A DNA stretch of 64,000 nt, from contig CBDDDZ010000005.1 in the NCBI GenBank assembly GCA_965226795.1, positions 416,001-480,000 of the forward strand. Reading direction: 5' to 3'. Position numbers and translations under genes: made by a program. Below, piece by piece: positions 51,133 through 61,542 of this stretch; position 1 is the stretch's first letter; each line of letters starts with the position of its first letter. This stretch comes from Candidatus Latescibacterota bacterium (GTDB taxonomy: Bacteria > Latescibacterota > UBA2968 > GCA-2709665). The notes beneath the pieces are model-generated. The model was not told the origin of the DNA, made no database searches, and worked only from the letters and a program-made list of their open reading frames with translations.

Positions 51133-52926
51133 CTAGGCGCCGAGCCGTTCCTCGAGGGCGTTGAGTTCGGTTACCAATTCCCCCGGCAGGCGTTCTCCAA
51201 AGCCGGCGTAGAACTCGCGGATATCGTGCAGTTCGGCGCGCCAGTCTTCCACGTTCACTGAAAGCAGTTCCTCAACGTCACCGTCCGGGATGTCCAGGCC
51301 GATGAGGTCCAGGGCTTCCGGCGTGGGTACGTAGCCAATCGGGGTTTCAACAGCGTCGGCTGTACCGGCTATACGTTCGCAGATCCATTTGAGCACACGG
51401 CTGTTCTCGCCGAAGCCCGGCCAGAGCCAGTTGCCGTTTGCGTCTTTACGGAACCAGTTGACGTAGAAGATTCTGGGGGCGTTGTCGCCCAGCCGGACGC
51501 CCATTTCGAACCAGTGTCTGAAATAGTCGCCCATATGATAGCCGCAGAAGGGCAGCATCGCAAAGGGGTCTCGTCGCAGTTTGCCCACGGCGCCGGCCGC
51601 CGCGGCGGTGGTTTCGGAGGCCATGATGGAACCCAGGAAGACGCCGTGTTGCCAGTTCAGCGCTTCGAAGGCCAGAGGAACGACTGATGAGCGACGGCCG
51701 CCAAAAATGAAAGCGGACATGGGGACGCCATCCGGATTTTCCCACTCGGGGTCGATTACGGGGCACTGCACGGCCGGAGCTGTGTAACGGGCATTGGGAT
51801 TGGAGGCTTTGTCTTCCGACCCTGGCGTCCAGGAGCGCCCGAGCCAATCCTCCAGTCGGGGCGGCGGATCGTCCGTCATTTCTTCCCACCAGACGTCGCC
51901 CTCGGGGGTGAGTGCCGTGTTGGTGAAGATGCTGTTTTTCTCCAGGGCGGCCATGGCGTGACCATTGGATTTCAGGCTGGTGCCTGGCGCGACGCCGAAG
52001 AATCCGGCTTCGGGGTTGATCGCCCGGAGCCTGCCGTCGGGCCCATGGCGCATCCAGGCAATATCGTCGCCAACGCAACGGGCGTCCCATCCCGGGATCG
52101 TAGGCTGCAACATGGCCAGATTCGTCTTACCGCACGCGGACGGAAAGGCGGCGCCGATGTAATGTTTTCTTTTTTCCGGTGAGGTGAGGCCCAGGATGAG
52201 CATGTGCTCGGCCATCCAGCCTTCGTCACGCGCCATGGACGACGCGATGCGGAGGGCGAAACATTTCTTGCCAAGGAGGGCGTTACCGCCGTACCCCGAG
52301 CCGTAGGACCAGATGGAGGGCTCTTCGGGAAAGTGTACGATATATTTTCGATCCGCGTCACACGGCCAGGAGACGTCTTTCTGTCCGGGCTCGAGTGGGG
52401 CGCCCACCGAATGCATGCAGGGCAGGAAGTCTCCGTCACCCAGGGCGTCCAGCACGCGGTCGCCCGTTCGGGCCATGATGTGCATGCTGCAGACCACGTA
52501 AGGCGAGTCTGTAATTTCGACGCCGATCTTGGACGTAGGCGAACCGATGGGGCCCATGGAGAACGGGATTACGTACATGGTCCGTCCGCGCATCGAACCG
52601 GCGAACAGGTCCTTGATGTTGCGTTTCATTTCTATGGGTTCGCGCCAGTTGTTGGTAGGTCCAACGTCGTCTTCGTCCGTTGTACATATAAAAGTGCGGT
52701 CTTCCACGCGGGCGACGTCGCCCGCATCCGACCGGGCAAGAAAGCTGTTGGGGCGCCGGTCCGGATCCAGCCGGGTGAAAGTTCCCGCCCGGCATAGCAG
52801 ATCGGCAAGCTGATCGTACTCTTCCCGGGAACCGTTGCACCAGTAAATGTCTTCCGGTTGGCAGAGGTTCGCGGCTTCATCTACCCAGTTCAACAGTTTA
52901 CGGTTCTTGGTTCTTGTCGTTCCCAT
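51133..52926 (-). CDS. pckG: Phosphoenolpyruvate carboxykinase (GTP)
   Basis: [75 protein letters not shown]. Confidence 0.97.
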   Translation of the reverse strand: MGTTRTKNRKLLNWVDEAANLCQPEDIYWCNGSREEYDQLADLLCRAGTFTRLDPDRRPNSFLARSDAGDVARVEDRTFICTTDEDDVGPTNNWREPIEMKRNIKDLFAGSMRGRTMYVIPFSMGPIGSPTSKIGVEITDSPYVVCSMHIMARTGDRVLDALGDGDFLPCMHSVGAPLEPGQKDVSWPCDADRKYIVHFPEEPSIWSYGSGYGGNALLGKKCFALRIASSMARDEGWMAEHMLILGLTSPEKRKHYIGAAFPSACGKTNLAMLQPTIPGWDARCVGDDIAWMRHGPDGRLRAINPEAGFFGVAPGTSLKSNGHAMAALEKNSIFTNTALTPEGDVWWEEMTDDPPPRLEDWLGRSWTPGSEDKASNPNARYTAPAVQCPVIDPEWENPDGVPMSAFIFGGRRSSVVPLAFEALNWQHGVFLGSIMASETTAAAAGAVGKLRRDPFAMLPFCGYHMGDYFRHWFEMGVRLGDNAPRIFYVNWFRKDANGNWLWPGFGENSRVLKWICERIAGTADAVETPIGYVPTPEALDLIGLDIPDGDVEELLSVNVEDWRAELHDIREFYAGFGERLPGELVTELNALEERLGA

Positions 52927-52950
52927 TCGACTCCTTCCAGGATTCACGGA

Positions 52951-53988
52951 TTAGTCTACGTACGCCAGATTTTCCAGAATTGAGGCGTCCATGACACGGC
53001 TTGAAATGTCCACGTTAAAAAATTGTTCGATGGGAGCAAAGAGTTCCGGGTTGTTATCCTGCACGGTTCGTGCAATTTCAAGGACCTGCTTCAGACCACT
53101 CTGGTTCATCCTGCCCAGCGGCTGCCGGACCGGACCGGCCGGCATGCCAAGAATATTCATCAATGTCTTTACTGGAACGGGGTTACGGGCTTTGACCTGT
53201 GTCGTTCCGAAGGGAGTATCTTCTTCGGACAGAACGGTGACCATTCCAAAAAGGGGCTTGAGCGCGCCGGCCAGGCGATCGGCCTCAACCATATCGCCTT
53301 TGAGGATCGCTTGCGTGAAGCGCTGTATGGGGCCGGGGACCACGTTGGACATCACGGAGATAACGCCGGCCGCCCCGATTCGGGCGTCTGTCATCATGGC
53401 GTAGGTGATGTCGTCGTCACCGGAAAGAACGTAGAAATCGTCCCCGCAGACTTCACGCGTCCGCGCCATGTTTTCCCGGTCGCCGGTGGCTTCTTTGACG
53501 GCGTTGACGTTTCCGTAGTCCCGGTGCAGAATGGCCAGGTCTTCGGGGAGCAGTTTCGTTCCCGAGCGGCCCGGGATGACGTAGGAGACCATCTGAAGTT
53601 CCGGAAAGGCTTCCGCAACGGGCGCGACGTATTCCCGTCGAATCTCAAGTGAACTCGGGCCGTTGTAATAGGGATCTACCAGTAGCGCGGTATCTGCGCC
53701 GGCGTGCGCGGCATGCTCCGTGGCGCGCAGGGTCTCCTCTGTGGAACTTCCGCCGGTGCCGGCAATAGCGCGGCATTCCCCCCTGGCCAGGGCACAGACC
53801 CGTTCAGTGACGCTGTTGTGTTCTCCACTGTTGAGGGTTGGACTTTCGCCGGTCGTGCCCACTGCCAGGACACCGCTTACACCCTGTGAAATCTGGAAAC
53901 TGACCAGTTTTTCCAGACCGGGTTCGTCCACGCTTTTGTCGGGGTCCAGGGGTGTGATGAGGGCGGTGTAACATCCGCTGAATAACAT
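52951..53988 (-). CDS. dapA: 4-hydroxy-tetrahydrodipicolinate synthase
   Basis: TALITP, GTTGESPTL, PYYN, Y.IPGRSG, KEATG, LSGDD, NPVPVK. Confidence 0.93.
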   Translation of the reverse strand: MLFSGCYTALITPLDPDKSVDEPGLEKLVSFQISQGVSGVLAVGTTGESPTLNSGEHNSVTERVCALARGECRAIAGTGGSSTEETLRATEHAAHAGADTALLVDPYYNGPSSLEIRREYVAPVAEAFPELQMVSYVIPGRSGTKLLPEDLAILHRDYGNVNAVKEATGDRENMARTREVCGDDFYVLSGDDDITYAMMTDARIGAAGVISVMSNVVPGPIQRFTQAILKGDMVEADRLAGALKPLFGMVTVLSEEDTPFGTTQVKARNPVPVKTLMNILGMPAGPVRQPLGRMNQSGLKQVLEIARTVQDNNPELFAPIEQFFNVDISSRVMDASILENLAYVD

Positions 53989-54042
53989 GGGGTCACCTCC
54001 AGGTTAAAATAGAGGGAACCGGATCGACCGTCAGCGTGAAGC

Positions 54043-54088
54043 AAAAAAAACAGCCGGTTCCCGAGTGGGGTGGAGGCAAGGCCGGCCG
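54043..54088 (-). terminator. Riboswitch expression-platform terminator
   Basis: Minus strand CGGCCGG...CCGGCTG followed by T8, between the aptamer and dapA. Confidence 0.7.
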
Positions 54089-54110
54089 TGCAAGTTCCAG
54101 CATGGATGGC

Positions 54111-54287
54111 GCAAGAGAGCACTCCACGGAGAATTCCGTGACAGTCCAGCGGATCTTATCCGAGTGGACCAGCCCCTTTCTGCGACAGAGCAGATTCGGG
54201 ACTTCGGCAGGTTTTCCCTTTCGCCGATGCGTTTGCAACGCCTGGTTATCACCGGGTACTCTTGAAAACCTGCGCCTCTACCCTTGC
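54111..54287 (-). ncRNA. Lysine riboswitch (L-box)
   Basis: Minus strand GCAAGGG-TAGAGGCGC-AGGTTTTC-AAGAGTA..GAAAGG-GAAAACCT-GCCGAA..GGGCTGG..ACTGTCACGGA..TCCGTGGAGTGCT-CTCTTGC; upstream of dapA. Confidence 0.95.
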
Positions 54288-54303
54288 CTTTCGGAAGGCC
54301 AGC

Positions 54304-54332
54304 AAATTAGCCAATAGGTTGGCCTGTGTCAA
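54304..54332 (-). promoter_or_regulatory. Sigma70 promoter of the riboswitch-dapA transcript
   Basis: TTGACA-17nt-TAATTT on the minus strand. Confidence 0.7.
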
Positions 54333-54522
54333 GTGGAAAGATGGAACGAGGGATCTCGACACGGCAGGCCGTGGGAGATGAGGACGCTTTGAAGTTGGGA
54401 AATTTGCAATTTGACGCCATGTTTTGCTTTTGTTTTCGCACTCCGTAACCTATATTCCGTTTTTTGCCAATCTGTCGGACGGAGCCGGGCTTCTCGCCGG
54501 ACCTTTCCATGGAAGAGTGACT

Positions 54523-55761
54523 ATGCATTCATTTGAACCGCAGCGACATACCCTGAAGAATGGGATTGAAGTCGTTGTCGAGCCCATGCCCGGCGCCCAA
54601 TCGGTTGTGGTTGCGTTCCGGTTCGGCTTCGGGACCAAAGACGACCCTGCCGATCGGCTGGGATTGGCATGGGTTGCCGAAGAAACGCTCTTGAAGGGCA
54701 CGTCAACTCGCGACGCGCGCTCGATTTACGATGCGTTCGATTCCCTGGGCGTGCGGCGCGGCTCGGCCACGGCCGTCGAATTCACGGAGTTCCAGGCACA
54801 GCTTTTGCCGAGACACTTTCTGGACGGTTTGAAACTTTACGCCGAGGTGTACCGCAGCGCATCCTTTCCCGATGAGCACGTTGAAGTGGCGAAAATGCTC
54901 GCGCTCGAGGAACTGAAGCGTCTGGAAGACAATCCGACAAGTCAGGTTCTGTATATGACCTATCAGGCCGGGTTAGGGGATCCGATGGGCCGCAATCCGC
55001 TGGGAAAGGCAGCGACAGTTGCCGCGATCGTCCCGGCTGACGTGCGCGATTTCTGGCGGCGGTTCTGCAGCCCGCAACGCCTTCTGATCTCGGTGGCCGG
55101 CGGCTTGAGGACGGAAGAGATGTTCCGGGCAGTGGACGAGGCGTTCGGCACCTGGGAAAGATCCGGGCTACCGCCGGAAGATCCACACCCGATATCCGTG
55201 GCGGACCGGGCGGTGCACCATCCCAAACAGTCCGAGCAGGCCCACATCGGGCTTCTTTTTGGCGCCGCGCCCCGGGCCAGCGCATTCTACTATCCGGCCC
55301 AACTCGCTGTGGCCGTACTCTCCGGCAGCGGGTCCAGCCGTCTTTTTACCGAGGTGCGGGAGAAGCGGGGGTTGGCGTACAGTGTCTCGGCCTTTTATCG
55401 GGCGCGTCGCGGCGGCGGTCTAATCGCACTGTATGCCGGCACGACGGCCGACAGGGCGGACGAGACCCTTCAGGTCTGCATGCGGGAGGTACGGCGGATT
55501 GCGGAAGACCTCACGCAGGCCGAACTCGACCGGGCAAAGACTGTCCTGAAGGGCCAGTTGTTCACAACAGGCGATTTGCCGGAAGGTCGCGTGGGCAGCA
55601 TGATGGATGGGTTGTTTCTGGACGGGCATCCGCGTTCGATTCAGCAGATCGCCCGAGGGATTGACAGTGTGAAATTGGGGCAGGTGCCAGCCTATCTCGA
55701 GGCGTTTCCACCCTCGCCGGCCACGCTCGTGACCCTTGGGCCCAGGGCCCTGGACATATAG
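54523..55761 (+). CDS. M16B peptidase, non-catalytic subunit
   Basis: TLKNG, GLAWVAEETL in place of HxxEH, SSRLFTEVREKRGLAYSV (R/Y pair). Confidence 0.88.
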   Translation: MHSFEPQRHTLKNGIEVVVEPMPGAQSVVVAFRFGFGTKDDPADRLGLAWVAEETLLKGTSTRDARSIYDAFDSLGVRRGSATAVEFTEFQAQLLPRHFLDGLKLYAEVYRSASFPDEHVEVAKMLALEELKRLEDNPTSQVLYMTYQAGLGDPMGRNPLGKAATVAAIVPADVRDFWRRFCSPQRLLISVAGGLRTEEMFRAVDEAFGTWERSGLPPEDPHPISVADRAVHHPKQSEQAHIGLLFGAAPRASAFYYPAQLAVAVLSGSGSSRLFTEVREKRGLAYSVSAFYRARRGGGLIALYAGTTADRADETLQVCMREVRRIAEDLTQAELDRAKTVLKGQLFTTGDLPEGRVGSMMDGLFLDGHPRSIQQIARGIDSVKLGQVPAYLEAFPPSPATLVTLGPRALDI

Positions 55762-55792
55762 GATCAACAGCGCAGATAACCGGGAGATTTCC

Positions 55793-57025
55793 ATGCAGCC
55801 ACCGTTCTCCACCCATACGCTCGATAACGGTCTTAAGCTCGTATTTGAGTCGATTCCCAGAATCAACTCGGCGGCTCTCGGATTCTTTGTACATACAGGT
55901 TCGCGCGACGAGCCCGCGGAACTGGCCGGGGTGTCGCATTTCCTGGAGCACATGTGTTTCAAGGGCACGGCGAACCGGGATTGGCGCCAGTTGAGCCTCG
56001 ACGTGGACGATCTGGGCGCGATGTGGAATGCGTATACCTGGTGGGAGGGTACGGCCTATTTTCACTGGGTGCAGAGCGAACGGGCGGCGAGTTCTGCGGA
56101 GATTCTGGCCGACATGATGCGATCGACACTGCCGGAAGACCAGTTCGACATGGAGAAGAAAGTGATCCTTGAAGAGATCGCAATGTATCGTGACCGCCCC
56201 GATGCGCTGATTATCGACGAACTGATCCAGGAAGCGTACGCGGGGCATCCGCTCGGACAGAGCGTGCTGGGCACCGAGGACACGGTCGGGTCAATCTCCC
56301 GGGAGCAGATGACGGACTATTTCCAGAAACGATATGCGCCGGATAATATGACGTTGGTGATTACCGGAAGATTCGATCGCGACGAAATGATTCGCGTGGC
56401 TGAAGCGCATTGCGGCGGCTGGAAGCCAGGGGAGGCAATTCGGGAGCAGGTGGAGCCGACATTCCGGCCATCCAGTCGCGTGCTGGAGCGCCCGAATGTG
56501 ATTCGGGAGCATATCGCCATGGCATATCCCGCTCCATGCGACTCGAATGAATGGGCGACGACTGCCGATCTGCTTGCCCGTTATCTGGGCGCGGCCAGCA
56601 ATAGCCGTCTGTTCTGGTCGGTTATTCAGATGGGGCTGGCTGACGAAGCGTCGGCGGATTTCTGCGGATTCAGCGATACCGGTCTGTTTTACGTATATGT
56701 TTCCGTGGATCCGGAGAATGTATCGCGGGTGCTGGAGATTGTGCGACGAGAGATGGATGAACTGATGCGTGGAGTGGATGGAGACGCGCTTGCCCGGGCG
56801 AGGACCAAGCATGCGACGGCCCTGGTGACAGGCGGTGAGCACGGGCTCCGGCGTTTTTCACAGATCGTGGGAAGTCTGAGTACCGATACGCCGCTGAAAA
56901 CGCTGAAAGAAGAGTTGGCCGAGATCGACGCCGTGACTCCCGAACGGATCGCCGAATATCTGGAGCGTTTTCCTCTTGATAGTGAACCGGCGGTGGTCGC
57001 ACTCGGGCCGTTGACGTCCATTTAA
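55793..57025 (+). CDS. M16B peptidase, catalytic subunit
   Basis: GSRDE, GVSHFLEHMCFKGT, NAYT, EKKVILEEI. Confidence 0.92.
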   Translation: MQPPFSTHTLDNGLKLVFESIPRINSAALGFFVHTGSRDEPAELAGVSHFLEHMCFKGTANRDWRQLSLDVDDLGAMWNAYTWWEGTAYFHWVQSERAASSAEILADMMRSTLPEDQFDMEKKVILEEIAMYRDRPDALIIDELIQEAYAGHPLGQSVLGTEDTVGSISREQMTDYFQKRYAPDNMTLVITGRFDRDEMIRVAEAHCGGWKPGEAIREQVEPTFRPSSRVLERPNVIREHIAMAYPAPCDSNEWATTADLLARYLGAASNSRLFWSVIQMGLADEASADFCGFSDTGLFYVYVSVDPENVSRVLEIVRREMDELMRGVDGDALARARTKHATALVTGGEHGLRRFSQIVGSLSTDTPLKTLKEELAEIDAVTPERIAEYLERFPLDSEPAVVALGPLTSI

Positions 57026-57234
57026 ACGGTGCGTCCGTATCGATCACCGAGAATACCGCCAGATATGTCAACCCTTCGAAGTACGTGAGGGCTTCGGCCT
57101 ATTAAATGGCCTGGTCGCGGGAAAGCGTTATGGATCGGGTTTCAATGGGGGACATTGAAAGGGGCCCCTGGGGTTTCTCGCTGCTTAATGGAGAAGGCGT
57201 TTCCGGCGACGTCGTCTCATTCAGGTCCGTCCGT

Positions 57235-58461
57235 TCACGCGTAGCCGGCGAGCACTTCGTCGATGGACCGTGAGGAGACGAAAAAGGAGATGACGCGCAG
57301 CAGCACCGCATCGACAATGGCGTCGGGGCACGAGGCGCCGGATGTCAACGCCACGGTAACGGGGCGTTTGTCCGGCAGCCAGTCCGTTGCAACGGCGATT
57401 TTTTTTGTTTGCAGATCGAAATGGCGGATAACGGATTCCGAGCGGATCTCATCCGCGTCTTTGATAAAATAGGTGGGCATCTGTTTGAGGCAGAGTTCCA
57501 CGATGTGGGACGTGTTGGAGGAGTTGTAACCGCCGACGACCAGGGCCACGTCCGCGTTCTGCTCGACAAGGGCATACGTTGCGTTCTGGTTTTCATTGGT
57601 TGCGTAGCAGAGGGTATCCGAGGTGTCGGCGTAGTGATTCTGTAAGTTTTCGTCCCCGTAACGGTCCGCCAGGGCTTCGCGCAAGACTTTCGCGACGTGC
57701 CGTGTTTCGGTGGCCAGCATGGTTGTCTGATTGACGATTCCGATGCGTTGAAGGTGGCGGTCCGGGTCGAAGCCTTCCGAGCACTTTTGTCCAAAGTGTT
57801 CTAAAAAAATGTCGCGGTCTGCCATTCCCCGGATGACGTCGGCAAGAATGTGCGCCTCGTTCAGGTCCATTACCACAACCGTGGGCGCGTTTCGGATGCT
57901 GTGGGAGAAGGTGGCGCGGGTTTCCTGGTGGGTGTCGTTTCCGTGCACGACCACGGAGAATCCCGAATCACCCAGTTTGGCGCTCCGGTTCCAGACCCGT
58001 TCCACAAACGGGCACGTCGTATTGTACGTGTAGGCGTCAATGCCACGGGAAGCAAGGGCTTCCTGAATTTCCAGTGTGGTACCGAAAGCGGGTACAACAA
58101 CGATATCTTCCGGTTCAAGGTGATACCATGGGATGAGCTGAATTCCGCACGGGTCGAATATGAATCGTACGCCCCTGTCTTTCAGGTCGTTGTTGACGTT
58201 CGGGTTGTGGATCATTTCGTTGAGGAAAAAGATGCGTTGATCCGGGTGTGATTCCAGAGTCCTGTAAGCGATTTCGATGGCGTTTTCCACGCCGAAACAG
58301 AACCCGAAATGCCGTGCCAGCAGAAAGCGAACCGGACCAAAGTCGAGCACTGAAGGCGAGAGATCCCGTTTGCGCATATCCTGCATCTGCCTGAACGCCT
58401 TCACCCGTGAGATAACGGGACTCTTGTAGAAGTCAGGTATGTTGAATTGACGTGCCATCAT
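57235..58461 (-). CDS. ispH: 4-hydroxy-3-methylbut-2-enyl diphosphate reductase (long form)
   Basis: FGFCFGV, IHNP, AFG, TCPFV, HQET, NQTTM, TLCYAT, VVGGYNSSNT, TSGASCPD. Confidence 0.94.
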   Translation of the reverse strand: MMARQFNIPDFYKSPVISRVKAFRQMQDMRKRDLSPSVLDFGPVRFLLARHFGFCFGVENAIEIAYRTLESHPDQRIFFLNEMIHNPNVNNDLKDRGVRFIFDPCGIQLIPWYHLEPEDIVVVPAFGTTLEIQEALASRGIDAYTYNTTCPFVERVWNRSAKLGDSGFSVVVHGNDTHQETRATFSHSIRNAPTVVVMDLNEAHILADVIRGMADRDIFLEHFGQKCSEGFDPDRHLQRIGIVNQTTMLATETRHVAKVLREALADRYGDENLQNHYADTSDTLCYATNENQNATYALVEQNADVALVVGGYNSSNTSHIVELCLKQMPTYFIKDADEIRSESVIRHFDLQTKKIAVATDWLPDKRPVTVALTSGASCPDAIVDAVLLRVISFFVSSRSIDEVLAGYA

Positions 58462-58527
58462 TCGACTCGTATCGGTGATTGCTGACAAACGGGATTGAAA
58501 AAACCCGGGCGCTCGCACGGGGGTACG

Positions 58528-59025
58528 CTATTTGCCGGTGCTGCCGAATCCGCCCCGGTCTGGTGCGTCGAGGCGTTCTGGTTCCTCCCATTCGGCCTGG
58601 ACGATGCGGACGAAGATGCCCTGTGCGAGCCGATCACGGCGCCGGACACTCACCGGACGGTCCGTAAAGTTGTAGACCTGGATGTGGATCTCATCGTTGG
58701 GACCCCGGTAATCCTGATCGACAATGCCGACGCCATTCGGTAACATCAAGCCTTTCTTGTACGGCAGGCTGCTGCGGGCGGCGAGCAGGAGCATATACCC
58801 GGGGGGCACTTCAACGATGAGATTGGCTGGAATAAGACAAATTTCACCCGGCGGAACGAGAACGTCGTTCCGGCAGAGCAGATCGAATCCGACCGAGCCC
58901 GGTGTCTGATGGCGCGGTAGAGGGAGCGACGGGTCCACTCTTCTGATTTGGATTTTCTTTACGGGCTCGCCCAGCGTCGCGCTTCCTTTCGGGGCAGGTT
59001 TGTCGATGACGACAATGTTAACCAT
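58528..59025 (-). CDS. dut: dUTP diphosphatase (start uncertain)
   Basis: GSVGFDL, ARSS, NGVGIVDQDYRG, RLAQGI, RGGFGSTG. Confidence 0.93.
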   Translation of the reverse strand: MVNIVVIDKPAPKGSATLGEPVKKIQIRRVDPSLPLPRHQTPGSVGFDLLCRNDVLVPPGEICLIPANLIVEVPPGYMLLLAARSSLPYKKGLMLPNGVGIVDQDYRGPNDEIHIQVYNFTDRPVSVRRRDRLAQGIFVRIVQAEWEEPERLDAPDRGGFGSTGK

Positions 59026-59331
59026 CGGGTTGCCGGCTGTCAACAGTTTTCCTGGAATCGGTGCGGGCAGACGTCGATACGGACTGCCGTTATGGCTTGA
59101 CTTTACCGTGACCCGTTGTAATCATATATGGCGTCCACGCACATTGTGGCAGATCATACTGTCGGCAGCACGATGGCGGTCTGACGGAAAAAGGGGAGCA
59201 TCCGTGCGGCGGCAGCATGATCGGTGTTCTCGGCCGGGCTTCGGTTTAGGAAACCAGTAAGGATCTCTTGACCATTTGCCGACCGATTTGAGTCCAGGGT
59301 CGGAATAACCAGACAATGGGCAAAAAAAGGG

Positions 59332-61287
59332 ATGAAATTAACTTACGAGCAATGGAAGCGGTATTTGCTGCCACTTCCGCACGAGATCACATTTGAGGGT
59401 GACGTTGAATGCCGTCCCGAAGGGGTATCGGTTGTGGTGAGGCCCGGTGCGGGCGCGATCGAAAAACATGCGGCAGCGATGTTGGAACGTCTGTGCGCCA
59501 TGGCGGCAGGCGTCAAACCGGTTGGCGGCGCTTTTGAAATCGCGATCGGGGTGGTGAATAGCGGGCCGGATGCTGAACGGCTGCGGAGGTTGCCGAATCG
59601 CGAACAGGCATATACGATCCGGCGGGAGGGGCGTGAGCGCCTGGTGCTGGCCGCGGTGTCCGAACCGGGAATTTCGTATGCGGCCCAGACACTTCGCCAA
59701 CTCCTGGAGCCGATGCGGGCACCCGACAGCATCCGCATTCCGCTCGTTTCGGTGACCGATTGGCCGGATCTGAACGAACGCGGCATGTGGAACTTTCCAC
59801 AGCCCGAGGAATGGATCCCGTGGATGGCGTCGATGAAATTGAACTACGGCAAAATGGACTCCACGGAACTGTCGACCGTGGTGCGAGGAAAACCGAACAC
59901 CGCCCGTATCGATACGGCGCTTATGGAAGAGGCGCGTCTCCTCGGATTTCATTATGTACCACTCATAACCCATTTGAATTTTCTGCATGACCGCGGCCTG
60001 TATCGCGCTTATCCCGAGTTGGCGGGCAAAGGCGACGGCGCGCTGGCAGGGCGATATTTCGCCCACAAGCAAGGCAACCGGCATCGGGCGCCGTGCGCGT
60101 CTAATCCCCTGCTGGTGGAAATTCTGGCAGAGTGGATGGCGGACATCGCGTCCCAGGGCGCACCGGAGGTGGGCTGCTGGTTGAGCGAGCGGCCCGCTCA
60201 GTGCGAATGCGACGATTGCACGGCCCAGGGGCAGTTTGTGCTCGAAGCCCGGGCGTTTGTCAAAGCCTGGAAACGGATTCGCCCGCGTTATCCCGGTTTC
60301 AACATTCGCATGTTTCTGTCAACCACGACGCCGGAGCGGGATTACCGCGTCGTAGCGGCGTTGCCGCCTGAAGTGAAGATCGAGCGCGCATGCGCCACCG
60401 AAATGGAGCGCGTGATGAACCTGCCCAGAGATCTGACGGCCAACCCGCTTCTGGATTACCATGCTTCGCAGGGTCGATGGATCGCCAGCTACGACGTGCC
60501 GATCAACGCGAATGGAAATGTGGAAACCCCCGAGTTCAAGGTACCGCAGTCGTCGGTTCATCGGATCCGGGACTATGTGGGCCAGTTGATTCGACGGCAA
60601 TACAGCGGAGCCTACGGAATGATGGCGTGGGCGTCCAAGGGCACGGAGACGTGCGGGTTCAATGTCGCGGCCCTGGCGGAGTATTCGTGGAACCTGAACG
60701 GACGCAGTGAAAAGGAGTTCGCCATCGCGTGGGCCACGCGGGAAGGCAATGCCGACGTCGAGGCGTTCGGCGAATGGTCGGAACGAATAGGCCCCGTGGC
60801 GTTTGACGTTTACGATTCGGATTTTCCGATCTGTTATTCCTGGGGAAAGGCCGTCGAGATGATTCGGCGGAAACAGCGCCCCTTTCTCGGCGAAGGCATG
60901 TTCCGGTATTATGAACGTGTAGAAGCTTTTGAGCAAAAGTTGGACACGTGCCGCCGGGCAATACAGATTGCGTCTGAATTCGAGCGCCCGGATTGTGTCA
61001 ATGAGACCCGCGTCGTTATGACCTACGTGGAACTCGCCCGTTGCGTCTTTCACGTCGCGGAGCAGGTGGCGACGCGAAACCTGGCCGACTCCAACGTTCA
61101 GACACAGCTTCATGCGGCGCTTGAATCGCTTAAGAAAGCCGGCGGGGCCAACGTGGCCGCGATCCGGAACTGGCGGGCGGCACTGGGGCCGGAGCCATGG
61201 CATTGTCGGGTTCACGATGCGATTCGAGGCACGGAGATGACCGTCTCCGAGATTGCGCGGTTCCTGCGTGAGCGGTACTTCCATTAG
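59332..61287 (+). CDS. Hypothetical protein with GH20 domain-2-like N-terminus
   Basis: LLPLPHE, EQAYTI, GISYAAQTLRQL, VTDWPDL.ERG; CECDDC motif; catalytic residues not recognised. Confidence 0.6.
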   Translation: MKLTYEQWKRYLLPLPHEITFEGDVECRPEGVSVVVRPGAGAIEKHAAAMLERLCAMAAGVKPVGGAFEIAIGVVNSGPDAERLRRLPNREQAYTIRREGRERLVLAAVSEPGISYAAQTLRQLLEPMRAPDSIRIPLVSVTDWPDLNERGMWNFPQPEEWIPWMASMKLNYGKMDSTELSTVVRGKPNTARIDTALMEEARLLGFHYVPLITHLNFLHDRGLYRAYPELAGKGDGALAGRYFAHKQGNRHRAPCASNPLLVEILAEWMADIASQGAPEVGCWLSERPAQCECDDCTAQGQFVLEARAFVKAWKRIRPRYPGFNIRMFLSTTTPERDYRVVAALPPEVKIERACATEMERVMNLPRDLTANPLLDYHASQGRWIASYDVPINANGNVETPEFKVPQSSVHRIRDYVGQLIRRQYSGAYGMMAWASKGTETCGFNVAALAEYSWNLNGRSEKEFAIAWATREGNADVEAFGEWSERIGPVAFDVYDSDFPICYSWGKAVEMIRRKQRPFLGEGMFRYYERVEAFEQKLDTCRRAIQIASEFERPDCVNETRVVMTYVELARCVFHVAEQVATRNLADSNVQTQLHAALESLKKAGGANVAAIRNWRAALGPEPWHCRVHDAIRGTEMTVSEIARFLRERYFH

Positions 61288-61428
61288 TTATTATGCCCTT
61301 CGGAACCCAATCGTCTTTTGCTTTGTCTGACCTTTTCCGTCTCGCGATTTGCAGCCATCAGGATCAGGTGAGAAGGTAGACGTAAGAGGACCACACCCCA
61401 CTCTAACAGTCTTTCGCGCTTTGCCCTT

Positions 61429-61456
61429 TCTAACGTCTTACGTCTCGCGTCTTACC
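61429..61456. repeat. Heptamer micro-repeats (CGTCTTA/CGTCTCG)
   Basis: TCTAA-CGTCTTA-CGTCTCG-CGTCTTAC; complementary AGACGTAAGA at ~61377. Confidence 0.5.
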
Positions 61457-61542
61457 CTGGGATGGGTCGGACGGGCGGGGTCACCGCTGACAGCTTGCTT
61501 TCAGACCAGACAGACGCAAACAACATCTTTCGGAGAAGGTCG

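Noticed and set aside
54523..57025. First M16 gene as a pseudogene because it lacks HxxEH
   Set aside because: Complementary pair (R/Y motif in one, HxxEH in the other) is the known heterodimeric M16B arrangement.
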